A stretch of DNA of 55,570 bases. It comes from an uncultured Candidatus Actinomarina sp. (GTDB lineage Bacteria > Actinomycetota > Acidimicrobiia > Actinomarinales > Actinomarinaceae). The position numbers were made by a program, and so were the translations under genes. Under the pieces are notes generated by a model. That model made no database searches, was not told the origin of the DNA, and was given only the letters and a program-made list of their open reading frames with translations. Positions 45,944-55,570 of this stretch are shown piece after piece. Numbering within the stretch: position 1 is the stretch's first letter; each line of letters opens with the position of its first letter. The stretch lies in NCBI GenBank assembly GCA_902576605.1, contig CACGVI010000004.1:1-55570 (forward strand). Reading direction: 5' to 3'.

Positions 45944-46456
45944 CTATAAATTTATATCAATAAATTCATCATGCATTAACAAACCGTGCATTTGAATATC
46001 ATGATTTTCAAAAGGAATATGATCTACTAGATGATTTTTATCTGTTACACCAATAAATGTTGAGTTCAAATGGTTAGAAAGTAGCTTATCGTAAATACCA
46101 CTACCCTTGCCAAGCCTAGTACCTTTTTTATCAAATCCAACACCAGGTACTAAAAATATATCAACATGATCAATAATTTTTAAATTAACTGGTTGAAAAA
46201 CATTAAAACTATTTTTTTCAAATGGTTCTTCATATATGCAAATTCTTATTTCTTCACCTTGAAGACAAGTAGTAGACAATACTGCATGTCCCTTTAAATA
46301 CATATTGATGTTTATTTCACTTTCTAGTGGTACATATGTGCAAACAATTTTCCCTCTGATAGTATTTTGTAATTTTTCGATGACAGTCTGAGAGTGTTCA
46401 ACATCGACCAATGAAATATTTTTTAGTTTCTTTCTTAATTCTATTTTTTCTAACAT
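45944..46456 (-). CDS. 5-formyltetrahydrofolate cyclo-ligase
   Basis: FLVPGVGFDKKGTRLGKGSGIYDKLL and HDIQM. Confidence 0.9.
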   Translation of the reverse strand: MLEKIELRKKLKNISLVDVEHSQTVIEKLQNTIRGKIVCTYVPLESEININMYLKGHAVLSTTCLQGEEIRICIYEEPFEKNSFNVFQPVNLKIIDHVDIFLVPGVGFDKKGTRLGKGSGIYDKLLSNHLNSTFIGVTDKNHLVDHIPFENHDIQMHGLLMHDEFIDINL

Positions 46457-46494
46457 AATTTATTATCTAGATAGTTCTACATTACACTTACAAC

Positions 46495-47226
46495 ATGCTG
46501 AAGAACAAATTGCTTACATGGTTCAACCTATTGATCATGGGTATATACACAATCCCAGTTACCTACTCTATTTGGTTTGTAGGTTTGTTTAATAGATTCA
46601 CGAAATTAAAGTACTACATTGCTCAAAGCTGGACAATTCCCTGGATGTGGGCTGCTAGATCAAAAGTAACCTTGATTAAAAACTTTGATTATAAAAACAA
46701 TCAGCCTTATGTTGTTATTTCAAATCATTTATCAAATTTAGATCCAATGATGCAATTTAGATATCTTAAAATTAAATGGGTATTTATGGCTAAAAAAGAA
46801 GTGTATAAACTTCCTGTCTTTAGAACTGCAGCAAAATCATTTAATTTTATAAAAGTTGATAGATCAGACAAAAACGATCGAAAAAGTATTAATGAACAGG
46901 CAAAAACCCTTTTTAGAAACGGATGGTCACTTATGGTTTACCCTCAGGGAACAAGAGCAAAAAAAGATAATTTTCTACCATTTAAAAGCGGCGCATTTCA
47001 TATTGCATTAGAAAATAATATTCCAATTCTTCCAGTCGTGATAGCAGGCACTGGAGACATATGGCCTAGAGGTAAGAAATTTATGACCAGTGGTAAGGCA
47101 ATCATTAATACATTAGAACCGATTGACATGTCAAAACATACAAAAGACTCAATTGATAAACTTGTTGATGAAACATATGAGAAAATGTCAAAAGTGTATA
47201 AAGAATTAACTGCTTCCATAAAATAA
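46495..47226 (+). CDS. plsC: 1-acyl-sn-glycerol-3-phosphate acyltransferase
   Basis: SNHLSNLD (HxxxxD), YPQGTR, FKSGAF. Confidence 0.92.
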   Translation: MLKNKLLTWFNLLIMGIYTIPVTYSIWFVGLFNRFTKLKYYIAQSWTIPWMWAARSKVTLIKNFDYKNNQPYVVISNHLSNLDPMMQFRYLKIKWVFMAKKEVYKLPVFRTAAKSFNFIKVDRSDKNDRKSINEQAKTLFRNGWSLMVYPQGTRAKKDNFLPFKSGAFHIALENNIPILPVVIAGTGDIWPRGKKFMTSGKAIINTLEPIDMSKHTKDSIDKLVDETYEKMSKVYKELTASIK

Positions 47227-47247
47227 AATAAATCTTACAATACGAAT

Positions 47248-47763
47248 ATGAACATCTTATTGGCAGCCCTTTCTATTTTTGTATTGAGATTACTTGACCA
47301 GACACTTGGTACCTTAAGAATACTTTATGTGAATAAAGGAAAACCAGGATTTGGTGCTATTTTAGGATTTATAGAATCAGCAATCTGGGTTGTTGCTATA
47401 TCTCAAGTTATCCAAGATTTAAATGATCCATTTTTAATATTTGGTTATGCACTTGGATTTGCAGCAGGAACAATAATGGGATCCTATATTGAAAATACAA
47501 TCGCTATTGGTGATATTGTTGTGAGAATATTTGCACCAAAAGATAGCGATAGTATGCAAGTTGCTGAGACATTAAGAAACAATGGATTTGGCGTAACAAT
47601 CATTAATGGAGAAGGCATGGAAGGAGAAGTTAGCATTTCTTGGTGCGTAACACCAAGAAAAAGGGTTAGAGAAGTATTAAAAATTGTATCAGAAATCAAT
47701 CCTGATGCTTACGTTACTACTGAGCCTACAAATCCTACTAAGCTAACTGGAAACCGAAAATAG
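47248..47763 (+). CDS. DUF2179/DUF5698 membrane protein
   Basis: TLGTLRI, GFIESAIW, YALGFAAG, LRNNGFGVT...GEG. Confidence 0.85.
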   Translation: MNILLAALSIFVLRLLDQTLGTLRILYVNKGKPGFGAILGFIESAIWVVAISQVIQDLNDPFLIFGYALGFAAGTIMGSYIENTIAIGDIVVRIFAPKDSDSMQVAETLRNNGFGVTIINGEGMEGEVSISWCVTPRKRVREVLKIVSEINPDAYVTTEPTNPTKLTGNRK

Positions 47764-47764
47764 A

Positions 47765-50068
47765 CTAGAGACCTTTTTCAAAATCGTCTTCAAAAGAAAC
47801 TCTTTTTCTGTTTGAAGACTTTCCCCCGTTGTCTGATTTTTTATCTCTACCGTTTCTATTACCATTTCTAGATCTGGAAGGTTTTCTATCACGGGAATTT
47901 TTTGAATCTCCGCCTTCAGCTTCTTCTGGTATTTCTAAATCTCCAACTGGTGAAAGACTTACTTTTCCATTTTCAATTGAATCTACAGTGACCTTAATTT
48001 TGTCTCCAACTGATACAACTGCTTCAGTATTATTTACTCTTTTAGATGAATGAAATCTTGATACATGTAATAATCCATCTCTACCTGGAAGAATATTTAT
48101 GAAAGCTCCATAAGTTGCAACACTTACAACTTCTCCATCATATTCTGCTCCAACTTCCGCTTCAGGTGGATCGATTATTAACATAACCATTTCTTTACCT
48201 GCTGATATTGCTTCTTCTTCAGTTGACCCAAGAGTTAAAATACCATCATCATCTATTTCGACAGAACATCCAGTTTCTTCCTCGATTTTCTTGATATTTT
48301 TACCTTTTGGACCAATGACTTCACCAATTTTGTCTTTAGGAAGTTCGATAGTTTCAAGTCTTGGTGCATTACCAGAAAGACTTTCTGCTGGTTCAGCAAT
48401 AGTGTCTTCCATAATGTCTAGTATGTGATGTCTTGCATCCATAGCTTGATTTAATGCTTTTCTTAATACATCAGCAGGCAGACCTTCTATTTTCATATCT
48501 AGTTGTAATGCAGTAATCACATTTCTTGTTCCAGCAACTTTAAAATCCATATCGCCAAGAGCATCTTCAGCACCCAAGATATCTGTGAGAGTAACATAGG
48601 TATCATCTTTAGAAATTAGCCCCATAGCAATACCTGCAACATGTTCTCTAATAGGAACACCCGCAGCCATCAATGACAAACTAGATGCACATACTGAAGC
48701 CTGAGAAGTAGATCCGTTTGAAGAAATTGCTTCACTTACGACTCTGATAGTGTATGGAAAGTCAACTTTTGGAGGAATAACAGGTACCAATGCCTTTTCA
48801 GCCAAAGCACCGTGACCAATTTCTCTTCTCTTTGGGCCTCTCATTGGATAGGCTTCTCCTGTTGAATATGGAGGGAAATTATAATGATGCATATATCTTT
48901 TTGATGTGACTGTATCAATAGTATCTAACATCTGTTCAAGCCTTGACATACCTAAGGTTGTAACATTTAAAACCTGTGTTTCTCCTCTTAAAAATAATGA
49001 AGAACCATGAACAGTTGGAAGTAAGTTTATCTCAGCAGATATATTTCTAATATCAGTTGGTGTTCGTCCATCTAATCTAGCACCACCACTTAAAACTCTA
49101 TCTCTGACTGTGTTCTTAACAATAGACTTGAAAGCTAATTTAATTGCTTTAGTATTGTCATCTTCTTCATCTAAGAATTTCTCAACAGCTTGCTCTTCAA
49201 GCTCACTTTGCTTTTCACTTCTTTCAGATCTGTCTGTTATAGCCATTGCTGTTTCAATATCTGAACCAAATACTTCACTAATTTGTGACTTTAGCTCTTC
49301 TGAGTAGTCTTCAATAATAGGCCAGTCAATCTCAGGAACATCTCTTTTAGCAACTAATTCTTTTTGAGCTTCTATTAATTTTGAAATAAATTCTTTGGAC
49401 ATATCAATTCCATCAGCAACAATATTTTCAGATGGTGCAGCACTGCCTTCATCAATTTTATTAAAAGCATTGTCTGTCGCTCCAGCCTCAACCATTACAA
49501 TATCTATTTCACCTTTAGGATTTAGGCTTCCTGCAACAACCATATCAAAAACTGATTCTTCTAATTCAGTATTTGTAGCTTGAACTACCCAGTTGTCATT
49601 AATTAAAGACATTCTCACAGCACCTACAGCTGACTCAAGTGGAACCCCTGCTAATTGAAGACCTAATGATGCAGCATTGAGAGCTAAAATATCATATTCA
49701 TTTTCATTATCAACACTTAAAACCGTTGCAATTATTTGTGTTTCACATCTAAAACCATCTTTAAAAGAAGGTCTCAAAGGTCTATCTATTAATCGACAAG
49801 CTAATATAGCTTTTTCCGTTTGCCTACCTTCTCTTCTGAAAAATCCTCCAGGAATTTTTCCAGCGGAATACATTCTTTCTTCTACATCCACTGTTAAAGG
49901 GAAAAAATCAATACCATCCCTTACACTTTTGTTAGCAACTGTTGTCACTAAAACTGTGGTATCACCTGACGTAACAACTACAGAACCGGGTGCTTGCAGA
50001 GCTAATTTACCTGTTTCAAATCCAATTTCTGCATTACCAATATTTACTTTTACATTATCGATCGACAT
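47765..50068 (-). CDS. pnp: Polyribonucleotide nucleotidyltransferase
   Basis: Two RNase PH domains (RREIGHG, GDMDFKVAG), KH domain GPKG, S1 domain. Confidence 0.98.
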   Translation of the reverse strand: MSIDNVKVNIGNAEIGFETGKLALQAPGSVVVTSGDTTVLVTTVANKSVRDGIDFFPLTVDVEERMYSAGKIPGGFFRREGRQTEKAILACRLIDRPLRPSFKDGFRCETQIIATVLSVDNENEYDILALNAASLGLQLAGVPLESAVGAVRMSLINDNWVVQATNTELEESVFDMVVAGSLNPKGEIDIVMVEAGATDNAFNKIDEGSAAPSENIVADGIDMSKEFISKLIEAQKELVAKRDVPEIDWPIIEDYSEELKSQISEVFGSDIETAMAITDRSERSEKQSELEEQAVEKFLDEEDDNTKAIKLAFKSIVKNTVRDRVLSGGARLDGRTPTDIRNISAEINLLPTVHGSSLFLRGETQVLNVTTLGMSRLEQMLDTIDTVTSKRYMHHYNFPPYSTGEAYPMRGPKRREIGHGALAEKALVPVIPPKVDFPYTIRVVSEAISSNGSTSQASVCASSLSLMAAGVPIREHVAGIAMGLISKDDTYVTLTDILGAEDALGDMDFKVAGTRNVITALQLDMKIEGLPADVLRKALNQAMDARHHILDIMEDTIAEPAESLSGNAPRLETIELPKDKIGEVIGPKGKNIKKIEEETGCSVEIDDDGILTLGSTEEEAISAGKEMVMLIIDPPEAEVGAEYDGEVVSVATYGAFINILPGRDGLLHVSRFHSSKRVNNTEAVVSVGDKIKVTVDSIENGKVSLSPVGDLEIPEEAEGGDSKNSRDRKPSRSRNGNRNGRDKKSDNGGKSSNRKRVSFEDDFEKGL

Positions 50069-50081
50069 ATAACCTCTTTCG

Positions 50082-50141
50082 TGACCAAGGTTATTAATTG
50101 TCAGCTTTCAACAAAAGCTCTCAATTAACAACGCAAGGTCA
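50082..50141 (-). promoter_or_regulatory. Long rpsO-pnp intergenic hairpin (probable RNase III processing site)
   Basis: TGACC/GGTCA, TTGTTAATTG/CAATTAATAA and AGCTTT/AAAGCT helices in one stem-loop. Confidence 0.7.
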
Positions 50142-50147
50142 AATTTA

Positions 50148-50405
50148 TTATCTTCTTAAGCCAAGCTTATCTATAAGATCACGATATCTTTGTACATCTT
50201 GATTCTGAAGGTACTGAAGTAATCTCTTTCTTTTACCAACAAGCATTAATAATCCTCTTCTTGTGTGGTGGTCTTTTTTATGTGATTTCAAATGATCTGT
50301 TAAATGATCGATTCTATTACTCAATAAAGCAACCTGAACTTCAGCAGAACCAGTATCTGTATCGGATTTACCGTATTCTTTTATAATTTCTTGGTTTGTT
50401 TTCAT
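50148..50405 (-). CDS. rpsO: 30S ribosomal protein S15
   Basis: [29 protein letters not shown]. Confidence 0.98.
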   Translation of the reverse strand: MKTNQEIIKEYGKSDTDTGSAEVQVALLSNRIDHLTDHLKSHKKDHHTRRGLLMLVGKRKRLLQYLQNQDVQRYRDLIDKLGLRR

Positions 50406-50447
50406 TCGTGATAATAATAGTAGCTGCTATATCTAATGTGAGATTAT

Positions 50448-51341
50448 TTAATTTTTATTAATATCTTCAATATCTTTAGATATTTGTTGAATTAATTCAT
50501 CAATACTTGAGAATTTTATTTCATCTCTTATAAATTTTTTAAAATGTACTGTTAAATCAGCATCGTAAATATCTTCATTAAAATCAAAAATATGTACTTC
50601 TAAACTTTGCTTGGTCCCTTCAGATACCGTAGGTTTATATCCGATATTCATAATTCCTTGATAAAGATTTCCATTTAAGAGCACGTCTACTTTGTATACT
50701 CCATTTTTGGGTATTTGAATACTCTTATCAATGTTCAAATTTGCAGTAGGAAATCCTATCTGAGAACCTCTTTGATCACCTTTGATAACAGTTCCTGTTA
50801 AAGAATACTCATAACCCAAAGCTTCATTAGCCTGTTCAACAAAACCTTCACTCAAAAATGACTTAATTAATGTTGAAGATATTTTTTCATTGTTGTATTC
50901 ATAATCAGGAATAGTATGTACTGAATCTTCACCAAAATATTTAATTAAGTAATCTACGTCACCCTCACGGTTTGCACCAAATTTAAAATCATTACCTACA
51001 TAAATATTTTTAGCTTTCATATTGTTTTTTAACATCTCACAAAAAGTTTTAGGTGAATACTTCATTACATGTTCAAAATTAATAAATACTAAATTACTAG
51101 GTTCAAATTTTTTGAATAATTCAATCTTCTCATTATTAGTTGTTAGTAACATATGTTCATTATTGAAGTATTTTTTTGGAAGTATATCAAAAGTAACTAT
51201 TTGAAATAAATTACTTGATTCTTTTGTATATTTTAATAGTTCCTGATGGCCTAAATGTACTCCATCAAATCCACCGATACACACAGCTGCAATATCATCA
51301 TGAATATAATTGTCGGAAGTAAAATTTTCATATATTCTCAT
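50448..51341 (-). CDS. ribF: Bifunctional riboflavin kinase/FAD synthetase
   Basis: GGFDGVHLGH, ISST, IGFPTAN, LEVHIFDF, IRDE. Confidence 0.95.
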   Translation of the reverse strand: MRIYENFTSDNYIHDDIAAVCIGGFDGVHLGHQELLKYTKESSNLFQIVTFDILPKKYFNNEHMLLTTNNEKIELFKKFEPSNLVFINFEHVMKYSPKTFCEMLKNNMKAKNIYVGNDFKFGANREGDVDYLIKYFGEDSVHTIPDYEYNNEKISSTLIKSFLSEGFVEQANEALGYEYSLTGTVIKGDQRGSQIGFPTANLNIDKSIQIPKNGVYKVDVLLNGNLYQGIMNIGYKPTVSEGTKQSLEVHIFDFNEDIYDADLTVHFKKFIRDEIKFSSIDELIQQISKDIEDINKN

Positions 51342-52219
51342 AAGAGTACTTTTTCTGGTTTGTAATATTTTTCATTAAAAGGTTTATAAATTGCCACAAT
51401 ATTGCTCTCGATAGATATTATATATTTTTCTTCATTTGAAAACATATTTCTAGGTAGAAGTTGACCATTCTTAATTGTTTCATGCATTTCCACATCTAGT
51501 TCAATTTTTGGCAGATTAATAACTTCTGCCCAATCTAATGACATTATTTTTGAGTTGTGATTTATAGCTTCGACATTTGTATTTAGACTTTTATGATCAA
51601 TATTTAAATTACCAACGGCTGTCCTTGTAAGAGTATCTACTATTGCATAAGTATTCAGATAATCACCTAATTGTTGAACAATGCTTCTTATATAAGTTCC
51701 CTTGCTAACAGTTATCTCAAAAGTGACTTTATTATCTAATACTTCTAAAAATTCTGTTCTTTCTACAAATATTTTTCTATCAGGAATTTCTACATCTTGA
51801 TTTTGACGTGCATATTTATATAATCGTTTTCCTTTTACTTTAATTGCTGAATAAATTGGTGGAGTCTGGATAGACTCGCCAACCAAATTAGTAAGAAATT
51901 CTTGTATTTGAGGTTTCAACTGTTCTGCACTTATATCATCATGTTTTGTAATTTCTGAGTCAATATCAAGAGTTGGAGAAGAGTAACCTAATATTGCGAT
52001 TACTTTATAAGTTTTGTTTGTGTTGTATATGTAATCAAATAATTTTGTATAACCATTAGTAGCAAGAAGCATTAAACCATCTGCGTTTGGATCTAAGGTG
52101 CCTGAGTGACCTACTTTTTTAAATTTAAAATTTTTTTTTAATTTAGTACATAGATCTTGAGAGGTCCATGTTTTTGGTTTGTCTAATAGATAAAAGTTAG
52201 ATTTGTGACTTAATTGCAT
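51338..52219 (-). CDS. truB: tRNA pseudouridine(55) synthase
   Basis: KVGHSGTLDP, PPIYSAIK, SKGTYIRS. Confidence 0.96.
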   Translation of the reverse strand: MQLSHKSNFYLLDKPKTWTSQDLCTKLKKNFKFKKVGHSGTLDPNADGLMLLATNGYTKLFDYIYNTNKTYKVIAILGYSSPTLDIDSEITKHDDISAEQLKPQIQEFLTNLVGESIQTPPIYSAIKVKGKRLYKYARQNQDVEIPDRKIFVERTEFLEVLDNKVTFEITVSKGTYIRSIVQQLGDYLNTYAIVDTLTRTAVGNLNIDHKSLNTNVEAINHNSKIMSLDWAEVINLPKIELDVEMHETIKNGQLLPRNMFSNEEKYIISIESNIVAIYKPFNEKYYKPEKVLL

Positions 52220-53138
52220 TCTTAACTTTAATTTTTATTTCTTCCATACTTAAATTTGTAGAAAATCCAGAAGCTGCTTTATGCCCACCGCCACCAAATA
52301 GCGAAGCAATCTGTTGAACATCTAATTCATTGCGAGACCTTAAGCTTCCTTTAAATGATTTATCTTGCTGCTCTTTTAACAATAAAGCCACACTTGATTC
52401 TTTCACCAATCTAATAGAATCAATTAAAAAATCTGTTTCAGAAGATTCAATGTTGTAATTGAGATAATCTTCTTGTAAGACATACGAAACAACTAATTCT
52501 TCTTCATCGTGTAATTCAATTCTGTTTAACACTTCACTTTGTAGCTTGATTGCATTCATAGGAATAGACCCATAAATGTTATCACTAATACTTGTAAGTT
52601 CAGCACCACTTAACATTAGTTTTGATGCAATTTCAAATACTTCATTATCTGTATTTGAATATTGAAATCTACCTGTATCGGTGATTAATCCTGTCATAAG
52701 GCAATTGGCGATATTTTTATCGATGTCAATATTTGCAGAAAGAATTTCTCTGAATAGCACTTGTGTAGTACTAGCCGCTTTTGAATCAATTACCTGAATA
52801 TCGCCAAAAGAAGGATTAATATGGTGATCTACAACAATGACTCTTTTAGCATTTAATGCTAAATCTTCTAAATCACCAAGTCTTTCTGAGTTTCCACAAT
52901 CAAAAACATATATATTGTCATAATTTTCTTTTGGCTTATCCATAATTAATTCAATGGGTAAGTGATTTAAATTAGAGGGAACGTTACCTTTAATATCAAA
53001 AGAGACATCGGAATCTATGCCTTTGCTGTCCAGTATTAATTTAAATGCTAAGGCAGAACCCAAAGCATCGCCGTCAGGGTTTATATGGCCTGTAATTAAA
53101 TTAGAAGAATCTTTAATATCTTCAAAAAGTTTACTCAT
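52197..53138 (-). CDS. nrnA: DHH/DHHA1 nanoRNase/pAp phosphatase
   Basis: HINPDGDALGS, VDHH, TDTGRF, GGGHKAASG. ATG start chosen over the track's TTG at 53144. Confidence 0.92.
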   Translation of the reverse strand: MSKLFEDIKDSSNLITGHINPDGDALGSALAFKLILDSKGIDSDVSFDIKGNVPSNLNHLPIELIMDKPKENYDNIYVFDCGNSERLGDLEDLALNAKRVIVVDHHINPSFGDIQVIDSKAASTTQVLFREILSANIDIDKNIANCLMTGLITDTGRFQYSNTDNEVFEIASKLMLSGAELTSISDNIYGSIPMNAIKLQSEVLNRIELHDEEELVVSYVLQEDYLNYNIESSETDFLIDSIRLVKESSVALLLKEQQDKSFKGSLRSRNELDVQQIASLFGGGGHKAASGFSTNLSMEEIKIKVKNAIKSQI

Positions 53139-53481
53139 TCTCAATAGTCCTATCTAACAGTTCGTTGATTCTTAGAACATTATTAAATGTACTATCAACT
53201 TCAAAAATGATTTTGGGTACATTTTTTGTTGTCATTTCTCTTGCTAATACTTTTTGAATCTTTGTTCTATTTTTCTCAAGTGCAGTTTTTAAAGAGCCTT
53301 CATTACCATCAAGTGTTGAAACAAATACCATTGATTTCTTTAGATCTGGTGAAGTAGAAACATGAGTAATAGTTGCTTTGTTTAGGACTGGATCAGAATT
53401 TCTTAAAAGTGCGCTTGAAATAATTTTTTGAATGAGGGGGTTTATTCGATTTATTCTTCCACCACGTGTTTGATTACTCAT
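53131..53481 (-). CDS. rbfA: 30S ribosome-binding factor A
   Basis: ITHVSTSPDLK...VPKIIFEVD; between infB and nrnA/truB. Confidence 0.88.
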   Translation of the reverse strand: MSNQTRGGRINRINPLIQKIISSALLRNSDPVLNKATITHVSTSPDLKKSMVFVSTLDGNEGSLKTALEKNRTKIQKVLAREMTTKNVPKIIFEVDSTFNNVLRINELLDRTIENE

Positions 53482-53490
53482 CGTTTTTTT

Positions 53491-55500
53491 CTAAACTTCT
53501 ACTTCTCCAAGTATCTCTATTGTGTCGCCTTCTTTAATATCTTTATAATCTGAAAGACCAATACCGCACTCAAGACCTTCGTTAACGACTTCAACATTGT
53601 CTTTAAATCTTCTTAGTGAAACAATGGTGCCTTCATAGATTACTACACCGTCTCTTAGCAGTCGTGCCTTTGCGTCGAGTTCTACTTTACCTTCAGAAAC
53701 TACAGAACCAGCAACTACACCAACTTTTGGTGCACGGAATGTAGTTTTAACTTCAACCATTCCAATAATTGCTTCTTCAGTTTTTATAGTCATTTGTCCA
53801 AGTACCGCTTCAGAAATATCGTCTAGCAATTCATAAATAATGTTGTATGTTCTTACGTCAATACCCTTGCTTTGAGCCATGTTTCTTGCCTGGCTATCAG
53901 GTCTTACATTAAAACCAATAATAAGTGACTCTGTAGCACTGGCTAAATCAACATCAGATAATACAATTCCCCCTACTGCTGAGTGAACAACTTGGATATT
54001 TACATCATCTGTTGCTAGTTTGTTTATACCATCTTTAATTGCTTCAACTGAGCCATTGGTGTCAGCTTTTAAAATTACATTTACTGTATTTAACTCACCT
54101 TCTTGTAAAAGTTTCATCATGTCACTAACTCGTGACTCAACTGAAAATGATAAGTTGTCATGCTCTTTTAATTTAGTTTTATTTTCTTCAGCTTTTGCCT
54201 TAGCCTCTTTTTGATTTTTAACAGCAACGAATTGATCGCCTGCAGTTGGTGATTCATCCCAGCCTATAATATCTATCGGAGAACCTGGTTCTACAGACTT
54301 TACTGTTTTATTATTATGATCAAACATTGACTTCACTCTACAAAATGCCTGACCAGCATAAAGAAAATCACCTTGTTTTAGAGTACCTCTTGTAACTATT
54401 ACTGTAGCAACATTACCTCTACCAACTTCCATACGTGACTCAACAATATACCCAGAAGCATTTGTATTATAATTTGCTTTTAGTTCTTCTATTTCTGCTA
54501 CGAGTGCAAGTGTTTCAAGCAAATCATCAACTCCATCACCTTTAAGTGCGGAAACTTCAACTACAGGTGTATCTCCACCTAAGTCTTCAGAAATTACTTC
54601 ATATTTTGTGAGCTCAGCTTTAATCATAGATGGATTAGCTTCAGGTAGATCACACTTATTTATGGCGACAACTATAGGTACATCTGCAGCTTTTGAGTGG
54701 TTAATCGCTTCAATTGTTTGAGGCATTACTCCATCATCAGCAGCTACTACTAAGACAACTATATCAGTGACATTTGCACCTCTTGCTCTCATTTGTGTAA
54801 ATGCTTCGTGACCAGGGGTATCAATAAAAGTAATTCCTGACTCCCCAGTATCTACTTTATAAGCTCCAACGTGTTGTGTTATACCACCAGCCTCACCATC
54901 TGCAACTTTTTCATTTCTTATATAATCCAACAAGCTAGTTTTACCATGGTCCACATGACCCATAACTGTAATTATTGGTGCTCTTAAATTTAATTTATCT
55001 GGATCGTCTTCAAAATCTTGAAATTCGATAATATCTTCTCTTGAAATTGTTACTTCATCTATCAAATCAGGAATTAGATTGTACTTTTCAAACAGCTTTT
55101 CTATATCACTATCATCTAATGGTGTATCTATAGCTTTCATTATTCCTAGACCCATTAAATCACCAACAATTTGTGTGGCTTCAACTTCTATAAGTGAGCT
55201 AATTTTTTCTGGAGATGAATTCCTGGAAACTTCAATAATCTGTACATCATCTTCGACAACTTCTTCAGATTCAGCTTCTGGTTCATCCTGAATAGCTTCT
55301 TCTTGCTCAGAGACCTCCTCAGTTTCAACTTCAGGTTGATCTTCTGGCATCAATGCTAATTTAACTAATTCTTCTTCCTCTTCAGTTAAACCAGATGATG
55401 CAGTTTTTACTTCTATACCAAGCTCTTTTGCTTGATGCAAAATGTCAGCTGATGCTAAATCAAGTTCCTTTGCGATTTGATGAATTCGCTTTTTAGCCAT
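53491..55500 (-). CDS. infB: Translation initiation factor IF-2
   Basis: MGHVDHGKTSLLD, FIDTPGHEAF, AINKCD, SLRRFKD, ECGIGL. Confidence 0.99.
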   Translation of the reverse strand: MAKKRIHQIAKELDLASADILHQAKELGIEVKTASSGLTEEEEELVKLALMPEDQPEVETEEVSEQEEAIQDEPEAESEEVVEDDVQIIEVSRNSSPEKISSLIEVEATQIVGDLMGLGIMKAIDTPLDDSDIEKLFEKYNLIPDLIDEVTISREDIIEFQDFEDDPDKLNLRAPIITVMGHVDHGKTSLLDYIRNEKVADGEAGGITQHVGAYKVDTGESGITFIDTPGHEAFTQMRARGANVTDIVVLVVAADDGVMPQTIEAINHSKAADVPIVVAINKCDLPEANPSMIKAELTKYEVISEDLGGDTPVVEVSALKGDGVDDLLETLALVAEIEELKANYNTNASGYIVESRMEVGRGNVATVIVTRGTLKQGDFLYAGQAFCRVKSMFDHNNKTVKSVEPGSPIDIIGWDESPTAGDQFVAVKNQKEAKAKAEENKTKLKEHDNLSFSVESRVSDMMKLLQEGELNTVNVILKADTNGSVEAIKDGINKLATDDVNIQVVHSAVGGIVLSDVDLASATESLIIGFNVRPDSQARNMAQSKGIDVRTYNIIYELLDDISEAVLGQMTIKTEEAIIGMVEVKTTFRAPKVGVVAGSVVSEGKVELDAKARLLRDGVVIYEGTIVSLRRFKDNVEVVNEGLECGIGLSDYKDIKEGDTIEILGEVEV

Positions 55501-55570
55501 TTACTCTTCCTCTTTTGACGCACTCTCTTCTTCGTCAGATTCCTCTATTTGTGGAGAGTCTCCAAGTCCT
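55501..55570 (-). CDS. Acidic C-terminal tail of the upstream gene (NusA by synteny), partial
   Basis: GLGDSPQIEESDEEESASKEEE-stop abuts the infB ATG; identity inferred only from the usual nusA-infB order. Confidence 0.45.
   Translation of the reverse strand, partial: GLGDSPQIEESDEEESASKEEE

Noticed and set aside
3868-55291. Short antisense or nested ORFs in the track (for example 3868-4050, 13314-13544, 21736-22092, 28108-28383, 38321-38626, 49677-50072, 54020-54214)
   Set aside because: They lie opposite or within well-supported genes, have reverse-codon-like composition and show no motifs.
1-55570. CRISPR array, rRNA, IS elements, long tandem repeats
   Set aside because: No regularly spaced repeats, rRNA-like segments or transposase ORFs were found on reading.

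Overview
This AT-rich, gene-dense window has no rRNA, CRISPR array, integrase or transposase. It looks like a streamlined low-GC marine actinobacterium, probably Candidatus Actinomarina-like (inference). Support: GAAC-N4-GTTC LexA boxes, F420- and mycothiol-type enzymes, many leaderless promoters, and the actinobacterial gene order infB-rbfA-nrnA-truB-ribF-rpsO-pnp ... dapB-dapA-ftsK ... cinA-recA-miaB-miaA-dapF <> lexA-LysM-nrdR. Accessory blocks lie at about 1-13.9 kb, 23-27 kb and 31-47.7 kb. Three tRNAs (Val-GAC, Cys-GCA, Gly-GCC), a dUTPase and several small ORFs are missing from the supplied ORF track. Best leads: (1) a lipoprotein TlpA-like thioredoxin with an in-frame UGA at the attacking Cys position (UGVC) and a GC-rich SECIS-like hairpin starting 11 nt downstream, a candidate selenoprotein; (2) a head-to-head umuC/umuD cassette with no LexA box, an 18-bp palindrome over both promoters, and a UmuD with a basic putative DNA-binding N-terminus, a candidate self-repressing Pol V module; (3) a degenerate ThyA-fold protein and a stand-alone 5-hmdU-kinase-helical (aGPT-Pplase1) protein, families linked to DNA base hypermodification; (4) a HExxH-vWA/MoxR AAA+ pair with reciprocally swapped Walker A/B residues; (5) a PanB paralogue lacking the metal site, an SbtA without SbtB, and a candidate 52-nt sRNA. 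All family calls are from motif recognition by eye; no searches were run.
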